From contig OZ242010.1 in the NCBI GenBank assembly GCA_965204745.1, forward strand, positions 4,032,001-4,096,000: a DNA stretch of 64,000 nt, in the 5' to 3' direction. Position numbers and translations under genes: made by a program. The notes under the pieces are model-generated. The model saw only the letters and a program-made list of their open reading frames with translations. It had not been told where the DNA came from and did no database searches. Below are positions 8,379-18,717 of the stretch, one piece after another (positions within the stretch are counted from its first letter, which is position 1; each line of letters opens with the position of its first letter). The DNA is from Candidatus Latescibacterota bacterium (GTDB lineage Bacteria > Latescibacterota > UBA2968).

Positions 8379-11069
8379 TCATGGGTAGTACCGGTAACGC
8401 TTGCCCGTTACCATCGGCTCTTGCGCGAGCAGGTGACGCGCTGTTTCACAGGTGGTCTTGTCAAATCCCAAGTGCTGACACACCGCATTGTCAATTTCCA
8501 GTTGCACCGGGCATTGGTGTGCTTGGGGAAGCGACAGCCTCTCTTGTTCGCAGAGCATGTCGTAGGCGGTAGCCAAGTCGATAATTTGCGCCGGGTCAAG
8601 TTCCGACAGCCGAGGCATGGGGATACGCTCCAGTCCGTCTTTGGAAAACTGCGGGTAAGAAGGTAATTTGTTTGACCTAACCAACAGCATACCCAACTTG
8701 CCGGGCGTGCTGTTCAATATCATTACTATCGCTTTTTCAACAGACGTGCTATCCACGCCGGCGACGGGCATAGCCGTCACGTTGGCCCAGGCCGAACCAA
8801 CCGCCGGGACGGTAGTACGGCATGCCATGTTTTTGACCGTAGTCAACCGCACCCGTTCCGCCAATTTAAGGTGGTTGGCTTTCCGCAAGGTGTTGATAAG
8901 TTTCGGCTGTGATGCTTTGGGTTGGACAAAACAGTCCGGCACAACTTCCATCTTGTTGCAATGCTCAACGTCATGGCGATACAACGCCGGGGTGGCATAG
9001 AGGGCAGTGGCATCGCATTTCTGCGTGTTTCGGATGGGACGGCCCATCGGGTCAATGATAATCTGATTCCGAAGTTCGTTTTTCCAGAGATTTTTGGAGG
9101 CGATGTGGTAGAGTTCGCTACTGACAAATTGCACCGCATCCCAGTTTCCCCAGGCGATGGTCGCGGCATCAATGTAATCGACAACCGCCCATTCGTGTCG
9201 CTCGGCCTGTCCGTCTAAAATGCTACGGGCACAAGCGGTTGCCGCACTTGCCTTGTCGGGGTTAGCGGTCAACTTTACCACTGCGGTAGGCGGTTGCTTT
9301 CCAGGACGCTTGCGCTCCATCACTACGAGCATTTCGCCTATGCTGGTGTTGCCGGAATAGTAAATCCGTTGTGGGTCGTATGACACGACCAAGTACTTGA
9401 TATGGAACTTTTCCGCCAAGAACTGGCGGGTCAGAAGGGCGGATGGATTGGTGGCTGTTGCAGTTGGCACCACAAAGGCGAGCCGCCCACTGTTATCAAG
9501 GTACTTTTCTGCCAAAACAAAGAACCCGTTAGCATTGCTGGACTGGTCCATGGGCAACCCGGTATAAAGATAGTTTTCTCGGTCCCGCAACTGCCTTTCG
9601 GTGGCCTTGTCCAAGTGCTTGTGACGGATGTCGCCCCTGGTGAACGGCGGATTCATTATCGCCACAGTGAACGTCTCGGTTTCAATGGGTGCTGGTTCAG
9701 AGTCAATGCGCGTGCCAGTAACCGGACGAGGGTTGAAACTGCATTGACCTATGCCTTCCAGCATCTCCAACGCGCCCAACTTCGGCCGGTCGTCCTGCGG
9801 GTCAATGCCCAAAGTAAGGCTGTACAGGTGCATTTTGTGGAATGCCACACTGGGGGCGATCATCCCGATGCCCGTAGCTGTTTGGAAAATGGCGCGGTTG
9901 TTGACGTCGAACCCGTAGAGCATCTGCTCCAACAGGCACTTGGCAACTTCTTCCCGCCGACCGGTCCGTTCGTAGGCCAGTATGTAGTTGGCGGCGGCAA
10001 TCAGTAGCGTACCCGTGCCACAGGCAAAGTCAACGATGCGAAGGCCGGTAACTTGGTCGAAGTCACTCCAGTCGATAGCCAAGTCGTGGAACAGCAGAGA
10101 CGCCAACATGGTGGCGGCTGGAATGGTGGTGTACATAGACCCGTCGTTTTTGGCTGTTTCTACCGACTGGCAGAAGGTGATGCCGATGAGATCGTGGTGT
10201 TGGTTGCCGCTGGCACTTTGTATTTCTATGGCGGCTTCGGCGATGATTCTAACTGCCATGTTGCTGTTGGGGCTTTTGGGCAACGCATACAGGATGGCGC
10301 AACTCCATTCCAAGATGTGCTTGTAATCTATGGCTAGCCAAGTGTTGTGCGCGGTGTGGAAGTTTTTGACGACTCGATTCTCTTGCAAACATTCTTCCAC
10401 GCTCTGCGGCGGCCAAGCATCACTGAAAACGGATTGACTGTTCTGCCGTGCGTCCCACTGCGGTGCTTTCTGATAACGGATTGTATCCAGCTTGGTATGA
10501 AACATGATGGCTGTCAACAGGTCCGTCATCAATCCTTTGACATTGGTGTTCTCGGCGGCATCTCCAATCTCGTTCATGATTGAGGTTTGTTGTGCTTTAG
10601 TGAAGCGGGCAGTCGCTTTATCGACAGCTTCATCTGCGATTTTGGCTAAAACTTCCGGAGAACCAAGTTCGTTGGGAGCTTGCCGGATGAAGTCCGCCAT
10701 AGCTGTGCCCTTTACCGCAGTCCACTTGGTAAATCTGGGTTCGGGCTGGTAGTTGGGTGTCCGCACATTGACCAACAACTCGCTATTGAGCAGGTCGTCG
10801 CGTGTGTTGCACTCGGACGGATAAACCACCGCAACAGCCACATCGCAGACTTGGCGGTCAAGTTTGTTATCAGCATCCTCAATAGCCGATCTTTTTTTAG
10901 TGGCAGTGGTGCCATGTTCAGCTTCCACCGCCACGATGTAATCGCCAACAGTGCAACGAATGTCGGTTTTGCTCTTGTCAGCGTTGCGTTCCTCAGCCTG
11001 CGATTCAAGGATACCGTTTTCTTTTAGAATGTCCCAAAGCAAAGCGTTTAGAACGACTTCATTTGCCAT
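8379..11069 (-). CDS. Fused restriction-modification enzyme (type IIG-like N6-adenine methyltransferase)
   Basis: GSMYT, DFACGTG (motif I), MNPPF (motif IV); N-terminal nuclease-like region; C-terminal putative TRD. Confidence 0.8.
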   Translation of the reverse strand: MANEVVLNALLWDILKENGILESQAEERNADKSKTDIRCTVGDYIVAVEAEHGTTATKKRSAIEDADNKLDRQVCDVAVAVVYPSECNTRDDLLNSELLVNVRTPNYQPEPRFTKWTAVKGTAMADFIRQAPNELGSPEVLAKIADEAVDKATARFTKAQQTSIMNEIGDAAENTNVKGLMTDLLTAIMFHTKLDTIRYQKAPQWDARQNSQSVFSDAWPPQSVEECLQENRVVKNFHTAHNTWLAIDYKHILEWSCAILYALPKSPNSNMAVRIIAEAAIEIQSASGNQHHDLIGITFCQSVETAKNDGSMYTTIPAATMLASLLFHDLAIDWSDFDQVTGLRIVDFACGTGTLLIAAANYILAYERTGRREEVAKCLLEQMLYGFDVNNRAIFQTATGIGMIAPSVAFHKMHLYSLTLGIDPQDDRPKLGALEMLEGIGQCSFNPRPVTGTRIDSEPAPIETETFTVAIMNPPFTRGDIRHKHLDKATERQLRDRENYLYTGLPMDQSSNANGFFVLAEKYLDNSGRLAFVVPTATATNPSALLTRQFLAEKFHIKYLVVSYDPQRIYYSGNTSIGEMLVVMERKRPGKQPPTAVVKLTANPDKASAATACARSILDGQAERHEWAVVDYIDAATIAWGNWDAVQFVSSELYHIASKNLWKNELRNQIIIDPMGRPIRNTQKCDATALYATPALYRHDVEHCNKMEVVPDCFVQPKASQPKLINTLRKANHLKLAERVRLTTVKNMACRTTVPAVGSAWANVTAMPVAGVDSTSVEKAIVMILNSTPGKLGMLLVRSNKLPSYPQFSKDGLERIPMPRLSELDPAQIIDLATAYDMLCEQERLSLPQAHQCPVQLEIDNAVCQHLGFDKTTCETARHLLAQEPMVTGKRYRYYP

Positions 11070-11186
11070 AGTATTACTCCTTCCACCCAGGCTGTTAGTC
11101 AGTATGCTTAATCAAGGGGGGACAGGCCCACTCATAAGACATTGCAGGCCCGTGCCTGTCCGTGCATTCCGCGGCGGCACGATTCC

Positions 11187-11312
11187 CTAATCCTCGTCTG
11201 ACTCGCAACGGCCCAAGTGGATCAGCGCGCCGCTGAGCGAGTTGAGTGCGGGGTGGTTTTCCATGTTCTCGCGCGTGCCGACGAACAGAATCCACACGTC
11301 GCCGGTTGCGGT
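11187..11312 (-). repeat. 126-bp diverged copy of the 3' end of the gene at 14940..15164
   Basis: Aligns to 14940..15065 with 5 mismatches. Confidence 0.9.
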
Positions 11313-11440
11313 GGGGCACCTTCTCCAAGCTCTGGCCGATGGTCCCCAAGTCGGCTAGCCGTTGAAAGTGATTTCTTTTCTCGGCAGTCTCCAAACCAAG
11401 TTGCCGGAAAACCTCGTAGATCGAGCTTTGCCTCTCGCAT

Positions 11441-14400
11441 TTATCGCTCATTGCATGTCCTCCTTGTATCGTATCGCAAATTCTTCTCCACCTCCAAGTA
11501 CAGACCATCCATCTGTTTCTGAAGCGTCAGCGTCAGTCCGATAGCCGTCACCATCCGGCAGTAGGTGCGGATGTCGTCGAGGGTGAGGCGGCGATCTTTG
11601 CGATCTTTCAGCCATTTGTCGCAGACTTGGTACCCGCCGATGCGGTAGGCGTAAACCTCCGAGGGCACGGGCCCGAAGTACTGAGTCTTGTTGACGTACA
11701 TGCATTGCTCATCGGCGTCATAGCGAAAGCCCGTGGCCTTTGTGCGTGCGACGACCGCAGTGCCTTCGCCTTCAAACCGGCAGGTCGGCGGGTCGAGTTC
11801 GGGCGACTTGAGCAGGTGCAGACCGACCAATCGCACGCCGAGGGCGGCGAGTTTGTCGAACAAGACGCGGTCAGTTGTGAACGGAATGCGCGGGAAATCG
11901 ATCCGCAGGAACTCGGCGTATTGCTCGCGGTACGCAGGCGCGTGCAAGATCGCATACGTGTAGTGGAAAATATCCTCGGGCGATGGCTCTCGGGCATGCG
12001 TCTCCGCGAGTGTCTCAACCAGTTTGGGATTCAGATTCGGCTGACGCTCGGACGTCTCGTGTTGCGCGAAAAGGTCGTCGCGGTCAGCGGTGAGATAGAG
12101 GTAGAGGGGAAAATTCACGTTTCCGCCGCGATAGAACAAGTTAAGATCCCCTATGTTCTGCGAGCAATAGATCAAATTCCATTCGCCAGTACCAACAACC
12201 TGACCTTGGCGTCCAACACACAACGCCAGATTCTTTCCGGCCAGCATGTGGCGCATCACTTCAGGGCGGGGCCTACAGATGAACCCCCGCGAGTGGCCGG
12301 TGTAATAGGTATAACGCACGTCAAAAGGACGATAAAGAATCGGCACCACCTTCTCGCGTGTTGGGCCGGAATCCCGTAAGTCCTTCTGGGCCAACATCAC
12401 TTTCCAGTCTTGCGTATCCTTGCCAAGTTTATATCCCTGCCGAGCCAGTTCCGGGTCCATCTCTGAAAAAGTCCGTACCGTATCCCACGCCTCTTGCTCG
12501 GACCAATGGATTATCAATCTGTCGCGGGCGGTTACAATGCCGACGCTGTTGATCGGAAATACTTCGGAGACAGAAAATACCTCGGGGATAGAGAGGAACC
12601 GCCGATACTCAGCTTCGAGCGCGTCGTCGCGGGGCACGAACAGATAGAACGGCGATGCTGGATTTATTTGTTGCCACTTGGTACTGTCGAGGCTATGAGC
12701 GTCCAGCCATTCATACTTGCGCTCCCGCGTCCCATAGCAATCGGCGTGGTGGATGGTGGCGTCTGCCTGTTGGTCGCCGCGCTTGACGAAAAAGGCAATG
12801 GTCACACCTAGCCGAATATCAAAGACGTTTTGGTCGGGGCTACCGTCTGGACTGGTTTCCTTTTTCAGTGAATTGCCGTGCAAGTCGAGAATGTAGATGT
12901 CGTCAAAGGTCTGCATCAGACTGCGGCGCATTCCGCGAAAGGTCGGGTTGTCGAGATAGCCGTGATTGGTGATCATCCCGATAACCCCGCGCCCGGCCTG
13001 CTCAATTTTCCATTGCGCGAAACGCAAAAACTTGACGTAATCATCCTGAAGACCTTTCGGATTTCTCTCGCCCAATGGCTTGCCATCCACCTGCTTGTAA
13101 TCGTCGATCAAGCCCCGTATCCAATCGCCCTTGTTGCTGGAATCGTAGGAATAGGGCGGATTGCCGAGGATGAGCAAAATCGGCGTCTGCTTTTTGACCG
13201 CGCCAGCCAGACGGGATTCCTCGGCCAGTGCGGACAGGCCGGGCAACTGGCTCTGTTCCAATTCCGCCATGTCGAGCGTATTTGTGAGATAAAAAGGCAC
13301 CCGCTCATCGTCGGCGAGGCGGTGGCCGAGTTCTTCCAAGAAGAAGCTCATCTTGAGATGACCAACCGCGTAAGGGGCCATCATCAACTCCAGCGCGTAG
13401 AAATTCTCGAGGATATGCCGACGGATGAAGTCCGCACGTCCGCCACTGCCGTATTTCGCCTCGAACTCGGCAACGGCCTGTTGCGCCGCACGAGCGACAA
13501 AGGTCATCGTCCCAGCCGCCGGATCGAGCAGGGTCACGCCATCCGAAGCGAGGCCATCGCGTTTGTCAAATTCCGTTTTGAGAAGGCCATTTAGGGAACG
13601 CACGATGTACCCAACGACCGGTTCGGGCGTGTAATAGACGCCGCGCCGCTCGCGCTCGCCGGGATCGTACTGCGCCAAAAAGGTCTCGTAAAAATGCACG
13701 ATGGGGTCGCCGCCCTTGCCCTCTCGGTAGTAGCTGTCCAGAATGCCGGGCGCGTCGGCCACAGCGAGCACCTCGGCGAGGTCGTCCACGCACCACGCCA
13801 GCGGAGCGGGCAAGTCGTCGAGCGAAATGTAGCGGAACAGATCGCGTAAGACGCCGATAGTATGCGGGATATTGTCGAACGCAACGCGCCGATTGAACCC
13901 ATCCCCAGCGCGCGTGCGAGCGGCAAACAGGCGGTAGGCTATCGTCTGCGCGAACAGATCGGCGAAATCGTCCGCTGTCAGCGACCCGATGAGATAAGTC
14001 TGAAACGCCTCGAAGAAACCGGAGAGCATCCCGGGCGCGTTGCGTTCCTGCTCAAACTGATCGCGGATCACATCGCGGAGCAGGCGCGTGCGCTTTGCCA
14101 ATTCAACGGCGAGGGATTCGGCGGTGAACGTCGGGGGCAACGCGAAATCGAGAAAGCGGTCGAGAAGCGCGGCGAGGTCGGCTTGATTTTCCAGCGGCGG
14201 CGTTGTGCCCAGCGCGTTGAGCACCAAGGGCCGCCCCGCCATGACTGTCTGAACGCGCTCGCCGTTTCGGTACAAGCGAAACTCGAGAAAATTGGTGAGG
14301 ATGAGATTGGGAAACGTCGAGCGATAACGCTGGAGTTGTTCGGAGTTCTCGACAAGGTCCAACCGCTCCTTGGTCGGTTTCTTGGCCTCGACATAGCCGA

Positions 14401-14620
14401 CGATTCTATCCGTCCCATTCCACACGCGAAAATCCGGGTTGCCGCCCTCGGTCGGCTTGGGCAATGTGGTGACGTGTACAGGCGTCCGCTCGATGACGCG
14501 AGCCGTTTCCCCGAGCATATCCGCCAGTGCCGGATAAAAACTCTCCTCCCGCGCATCGCCTTGACGGGCGACGGCGGTCAGATCGCTCAGATATGTTGAG
14601 AAGATGGATTTTTGGGTCAC
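11441..14620 (-). CDS. Restriction-methyltransferase fusion with type ISP-like C-terminal specificity domain (no helicase)
   Basis: NPDF...YVEAK nuclease motif, RGVYYTPEPVV, LDPAAGT, GNPPY, IGGYQVCDKWLKDRK; start inferred at GTG 14620, although the frame is open to 14923. Confidence 0.85.
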   Translation of the reverse strand: MTQKSIFSTYLSDLTAVARQGDAREESFYPALADMLGETARVIERTPVHVTTLPKPTEGGNPDFRVWNGTDRIVGYVEAKKPTKERLDLVENSEQLQRYRSTFPNLILTNFLEFRLYRNGERVQTVMAGRPLVLNALGTTPPLENQADLAALLDRFLDFALPPTFTAESLAVELAKRTRLLRDVIRDQFEQERNAPGMLSGFFEAFQTYLIGSLTADDFADLFAQTIAYRLFAARTRAGDGFNRRVAFDNIPHTIGVLRDLFRYISLDDLPAPLAWCVDDLAEVLAVADAPGILDSYYREGKGGDPIVHFYETFLAQYDPGERERRGVYYTPEPVVGYIVRSLNGLLKTEFDKRDGLASDGVTLLDPAAGTMTFVARAAQQAVAEFEAKYGSGGRADFIRRHILENFYALELMMAPYAVGHLKMSFFLEELGHRLADDERVPFYLTNTLDMAELEQSQLPGLSALAEESRLAGAVKKQTPILLILGNPPYSYDSSNKGDWIRGLIDDYKQVDGKPLGERNPKGLQDDYVKFLRFAQWKIEQAGRGVIGMITNHGYLDNPTFRGMRRSLMQTFDDIYILDLHGNSLKKETSPDGSPDQNVFDIRLGVTIAFFVKRGDQQADATIHHADCYGTRERKYEWLDAHSLDSTKWQQINPASPFYLFVPRDDALEAEYRRFLSIPEVFSVSEVFPINSVGIVTARDRLIIHWSEQEAWDTVRTFSEMDPELARQGYKLGKDTQDWKVMLAQKDLRDSGPTREKVVPILYRPFDVRYTYYTGHSRGFICRPRPEVMRHMLAGKNLALCVGRQGQVVGTGEWNLIYCSQNIGDLNLFYRGGNVNFPLYLYLTADRDDLFAQHETSERQPNLNPKLVETLAETHAREPSPEDIFHYTYAILHAPAYREQYAEFLRIDFPRIPFTTDRVLFDKLAALGVRLVGLHLLKSPELDPPTCRFEGEGTAVVARTKATGFRYDADEQCMYVNKTQYFGPVPSEVYAYRIGGYQVCDKWLKDRKDRRLTLDDIRTYCRMVTAIGLTLTLQKQMDGLYLEVEKNLRYDTRRTCNER

Positions 14621-14797
14621 AAAATTACCTTCCGTAGCTGTTGCGACAGGTCGCGGTGGCAAAGAAACGATCTCGTGACAGCTTCTCTTTTGCTGCTCGC
14701 GGGCGGCGCGGCAAATCGCTTTGATGTCATAGCGAAATCGCTCGGCATACACCTGGCGATTGCGGCGAACTTCTTCAACGATGGTATCGCGCCACAT
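14621..14797 (-). CDS. Small hypothetical protein (MWRDTIVEEVRR...), reading in frame into the R-M gene without a stop
   Basis: Own RBS (GGAGGG) and ATG at 14797; resembles small antitoxin-like hypotheticals. Confidence 0.5.
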
Positions 14798-14808
14798 GGG
14801 TGTTATCC

Positions 14809-14868
14809 CTCCCGCGCATCGCCTTGACGGGCGACAGCGGTCAGGTCCTTCAGATACGTTGAGAAGAT
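14809..14868 (-). repeat. 60-bp diverged copy of the R-M gene N-terminus
   Basis: IFSTYLKDLTAVARQGDARE vs IFSTYLSDLTAVARQGDARE at 14546..14605; 55/60 nt identical. Confidence 0.9.
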
Positions 14869-14939
14869 CGCGCAACGCAACGGTCACCTGTCCAATCATC
14901 GCGACGCGCTCTTGATTTCTCAACTCGGGGGCCGATTTG

Positions 14940-15164
14940 CTAATCCTCGTCTGACTCGCATCGCCCCAGGTGGATCAGCGCGCCGCTGAGCGAGTTGAGC
15001 GCGGGGTGGTTTTCCATGTTCTCGCGCGTGCCGACGAACAGGATCCACACGTCGCCGGTTGCGGTATCGAGGATGTACGTATCGCCGGATTTTGCACAAC
15101 ACTCGATCTGGTAGCGTCCAATCGCCCCGCCTTGCGTCATCATGGGGGGTTTGTGATTCGTCAT
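14940..15164 (-). CDS. Small hypothetical protein (74 aa)
   Basis: AAGGGAG RBS; only synonymous differences against its partial duplicate, which supports this reading frame. Confidence 0.65.
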   Translation of the reverse strand: MTNHKPPMMTQGGAIGRYQIECCAKSGDTYILDTATGDVWILFVGTRENMENHPALNSLSGALIHLGRCESDED

Positions 15165-15265
15165 GGTGTCTCCCTTTTTGACCAGCTTGCCAAAAGACGA
15201 AAGACGACCGGGTATCACCTCTGACAAACCGATCGCCTTATTGTTTTACCTGCGTGTGCGTTGTC

Positions 15266-17413
15266 TCACGATCTGCGCGGGCCTCGTTGTCTGCTTCTCG
15301 AGGACGGGTTCGGGTTCGATCTGCTCCTCGCGGGCGAACTCGGGTTCGGGTCGTCGAGGAGCACCTTGCGGCTGAGGCGGATTTTGCCCTGCGAGTCGAT
15401 GTCGGTCACCTTGACTTGCACCTTCTCGCCTTCTTGGAGCACGTCTTCCACCCGGCGCACCCGATGGTGTTCGAGCTCGGAAATGTGGCACAGGCCGTCT
15501 TTGCCCGGCAAAATTTCGATAAACGCGCCAAAATCCGTGATTCGTTGCACCGTGCCTTCGTACACCCGCCCGATTTCCGGGTCTTCCACGAGGGATTCGA
15601 CCATGCCCAGGGCGGCTTCAGCGGCTTGGGAGTCCAACGAGGTCACTGTGACGAGGCCATCGTCTTCGACTGCGACCGTCACCCCGATCTCTTCGATGCT
15701 GCGAATGGTTTTGCCGCCCTGACCGATCACCGCGCCGATTTTTGACGGGTCGATGCGGATGGACAAAATGCGCGGCGCGTACTGGGACAACTGCGCCCTG
15801 GGCGCGGGAATGGCCTCTTCCATCAGGCCGAGGATGTGATCGAGCGCGTCTCGAGCGCGGGCAAATGCCTCCTCGAGAATGTCAAAACTCACGCCGCCGA
15901 TCTTGATGTCCATCTGAATCGCGGTCAACCCTTCTCGCGTGCCCGCAATTTTGAGGTCCATATCGCCGAGATGGTCTTCCTCGCCCAAAATATCCGTGAG
16001 CACGGCCCATTGGTCGCCGTCCATCACCAAGCCCACGCCCGCGCCAGCGACGTGGCTCTTGATGGGCACGCCCGCGTCCATCAACGCGAGAGACCCGCCG
16101 CACACGGTCGCCATAGAAGACGAACTGTTGGACTCCAAAATCTCGGAAACCAAGCGGATCGTATAGGGAAAATGCTCTTCGCTGGGCACGACCGGCTCGA
16201 GTGCTTTTTCCGCCAACGCGCCGTGCCCGATCTCGCGCCTGCCGGGCGCGCCGATGCGGCCGGTTTCGCCCACGCTGTAATTGGGAAAATTGTAATCGAG
16301 CATAAAGCTCTTGAACGATTTGCCCTCGAGGTCGTCGACCATGCGCGTGTCCAACTTGCTGCCCAGGGTCGCCACGCACAAAGCCTGCGTTTGCCCGCGC
16401 GTGAAAATGGCGGACCCGTGTGCGCGCGGCAACGCGGTCAAGTCGATGTCGATGGGCCGAACTTTATCCAAGCCGCGCCCGTCAATGCGCTGGTTTTCCG
16501 ACAGGATCATCCCGCGCATGTCCGCTTTGATCGAGCGGTCGATCTCATCGCCGATTTCATCCGCTTCAAAATCCTCTGCCAGGGCTTCGCGCACGTCATT
16601 GCGGATGGCGGCCAGGGCGTCTGCGCGCGCCATTTTGTCCGGCATGCGATTGGCTTCTTGAATGCGCGTGGCTGCGCGTTCTGCAACCGCTGCGGCCAGG
16701 GCCTGGTTTTCCTCTGTCGCGTCACAAGCCCGCTTGACTTTGCCCACTTTGGCGATGAGCGCGTCTTGCAATTCGATCAGTTGCACAATGCCTTTTTGCG
16801 CCACGCGCAACGCCTCGACGACATCGCCATCGGCGACCTCGTGAAAATCGCCTTCCACGGAAATGATCGACTCGCGGTTGCCCGACACCATCAGATGCAC
16901 ATCGCTTTTCTCGAGTTCGGAAAGCGTGGGATTGAGCTTGTACTCGCCATTCACCCGGCCCACGCACACCGCGCCGATGGGGCCGGCAAACGGGATATCG
17001 GAAATGCTCAACGCAGCAGACGCCCCGGTCATCGACAGCACCGCAGGGTCGTTTTCCCCGTCGAAGGACAACACCGTGACGTACACCTGCGTCTCGAATT
17101 GATACGCTTTGGGAAACAGGGGCCTGATCTGGTGATCGATCAACCGCGCGTGCAACTTCTCAGTCGTCGAAGGCGCGCCTTCTCGCTTAAAAAAATTGCC
17201 GGGGATGCGCCCGCCGGCATACGTTTTTTCGCGGTAATCGACTTGAAGCGGAAAAAAATCAAAATCCGAAGGTCGCGTATCGGAAACCGCGGCCACCAAC
17301 ACGATGGTCTCGCCGTACTGCATCCACACGGCCCCGTGCGACTGTTTTGCCACGCGGCCCGTTTCAATGGACAGTGGACGCCCGGCGTATTCCAGTTCAA
17401 CTTTCTCTTTCAT
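15266..17413 (-). CDS. pnp: Polyribonucleotide nucleotidyltransferase
   Basis: RREIGHGALAE, DHLGDMD, KH and S1 domains. Confidence 0.97.
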   Translation of the reverse strand: MKEKVELEYAGRPLSIETGRVAKQSHGAVWMQYGETIVLVAAVSDTRPSDFDFFPLQVDYREKTYAGGRIPGNFFKREGAPSTTEKLHARLIDHQIRPLFPKAYQFETQVYVTVLSFDGENDPAVLSMTGASAALSISDIPFAGPIGAVCVGRVNGEYKLNPTLSELEKSDVHLMVSGNRESIISVEGDFHEVADGDVVEALRVAQKGIVQLIELQDALIAKVGKVKRACDATEENQALAAAVAERAATRIQEANRMPDKMARADALAAIRNDVREALAEDFEADEIGDEIDRSIKADMRGMILSENQRIDGRGLDKVRPIDIDLTALPRAHGSAIFTRGQTQALCVATLGSKLDTRMVDDLEGKSFKSFMLDYNFPNYSVGETGRIGAPGRREIGHGALAEKALEPVVPSEEHFPYTIRLVSEILESNSSSSMATVCGGSLALMDAGVPIKSHVAGAGVGLVMDGDQWAVLTDILGEEDHLGDMDLKIAGTREGLTAIQMDIKIGGVSFDILEEAFARARDALDHILGLMEEAIPAPRAQLSQYAPRILSIRIDPSKIGAVIGQGGKTIRSIEEIGVTVAVEDDGLVTVTSLDSQAAEAALGMVESLVEDPEIGRVYEGTVQRITDFGAFIEILPGKDGLCHISELEHHRVRRVEDVLQEGEKVQVKVTDIDSQGKIRLSRKVLLDDPNPSSPARSRSNPNPSSRSRQRGPRRS

Positions 17414-17503
17414 TCTCTCTCCTAAATGATTGCCTAAAAACGCGCTGTTCCAGTGCTCTGGCAACGGGCCAGAGATACGGCCAACCGCTGGAACAGAAAA
17501 AAC

Positions 17504-17773
17504 TCAACCGCGAATGCCCAGCGTTGCGATCAACTTGCGATACCCCTCGAGGTCAACGCGCTGCAAATACCGCAACAAGCGACGCCGCTGACCGACCAAT
17601 TTGAGCAACCCGCGCCGCGAGTGATGGTCTTTCCCGTGGGTTTGAAAGTGTTCGGTCAGTTGGGCGATGCGCGCGGTCAACTGTGCGATCTGCACTTCGG
17701 GGGACCCGGTATCGCCTTCTGCGCGCCCGTACTGGGCGATCAACTCGGCCTTTTCTGCTTTCGTCAATGCCAA
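17504..17773 (-). CDS. rpsO: 30S ribosomal protein S15
   Basis: [30 protein letters not shown]. Confidence 0.97.
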   Translation of the reverse strand: MALTKAEKAELIAQYGRAEGDTGSPEVQIAQLTARIAQLTEHFQTHGKDHHSRRGLLKLVGQRRRLLRYLQRVDLEGYRKLIATLGIRG

Positions 17774-17775
17774 AG

Positions 17776-18717
17776 CTACCTCCGTGAGATGATGTGCCGC
17801 GAAAGCAGGCGCTCCGCGGTCCGAATATCTGCATTGATCTGATCGATCAACGCCTCTTTGCTGCCAAATTCGCGTTCTCCGCGAATGCGATGATGAAGCT
17901 CGAGGGGCAAAACCGTTCCGTAGAGATCGCGGGAAAAATCGAGCAGATGGACTTCACAGCGCGCCTCGTGCCCCCCGAATGTCGGGCGGTTGCCGTAATT
18001 GACAACCGCGATATGGGACCGGTCGAGATGGGCGACACCCGCGTAAACCCCCGGCGGCGGCAAGAGTTTGCCCGGGGTATCCACCCTGAGATTTGCAGTG
18101 GGAAAGCCCAATGCGCGGCCCCGCTTTTCACCTGCTACCACGCGCCCCCACAAGGGGTAAGGATGCCCCATCAGTTGCATGACCGCGTGCAGATCTCCAT
18201 CTAAAAGCGCGTTGCGAATCCGCGTGCTGCTCACGGGTTTTTCCGCGATCTGCACGGCCGGCGGCGAAAGCACAGAGAAGCCAAATCGTTTTCCCAAGCA
18301 TTGCATCGTCTCGACATCGCCTTGCCGATCCCGGCCAAACCCGTGGTCGTAGCCGATGATCACGGCCCTCGCGCTGAGTTTATCCACGAGAAAGCGTTTG
18401 ACAAAGACCTCGGCGGACAAGTGCCGAATCGCGTCGTCAAATGCCACAACAGCCAAAACATCCACGCCCAAAGCCGAGAGGTGGTGCTGTTTTTCCGCGA
18501 GCGACATCAACACCCCGGGCGCGGCTGCACCGTCGATAAACTGCCGGGGATGCGGGTCAAAGGTGACGACAACCGATGTGCCCTCGCGTGCTCGCGCTGT
18601 GCGAATCGCGGTTTTAATCACCGCGACATGCCCGACGTGGAGGCCGTCAAAGGTGCCGACAGTGACCACGGGATGGGCGAGCGCGACCGGGGCTTCGAGC
18701 GTTACGGTGTGCATCAT
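17776..18717 (-). CDS. ribF: Riboflavin kinase/FAD synthetase
   Basis: [26 protein letters not shown]. Confidence 0.95.
   Translation of the reverse strand: MMHTVTLEAPVALAHPVVTVGTFDGLHVGHVAVIKTAIRTARAREGTSVVVTFDPHPRQFIDGAAAPGVLMSLAEKQHHLSALGVDVLAVVAFDDAIRHLSAEVFVKRFLVDKLSARAVIIGYDHGFGRDRQGDVETMQCLGKRFGFSVLSPPAVQIAEKPVSSTRIRNALLDGDLHAVMQLMGHPYPLWGRVVAGEKRGRALGFPTANLRVDTPGKLLPPPGVYAGVAHLDRSHIAVVNYGNRPTFGGHEARCEVHLLDFSRDLYGTVLPLELHHRIRGEREFGSKEALIDQINADIRTAERLLSRHIISRR

Noticed and set aside
11095-11508. 137-aa ORF between the two R-M genes
   Set aside because: Chimeric: only the MSDKCER... segment looks genic, and the rest crosses the duplicated fragment out of frame
14798-14923. Extended 1160-aa version of the R-M ORF
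   Set aside because: The upstream part crosses an out-of-frame duplicate fragment and lacks a clear RBS; later starts are better supported
5510-15164. Integron or prophage
   Set aside because: No integrase, attC-like repeats or phage structural genes recognised
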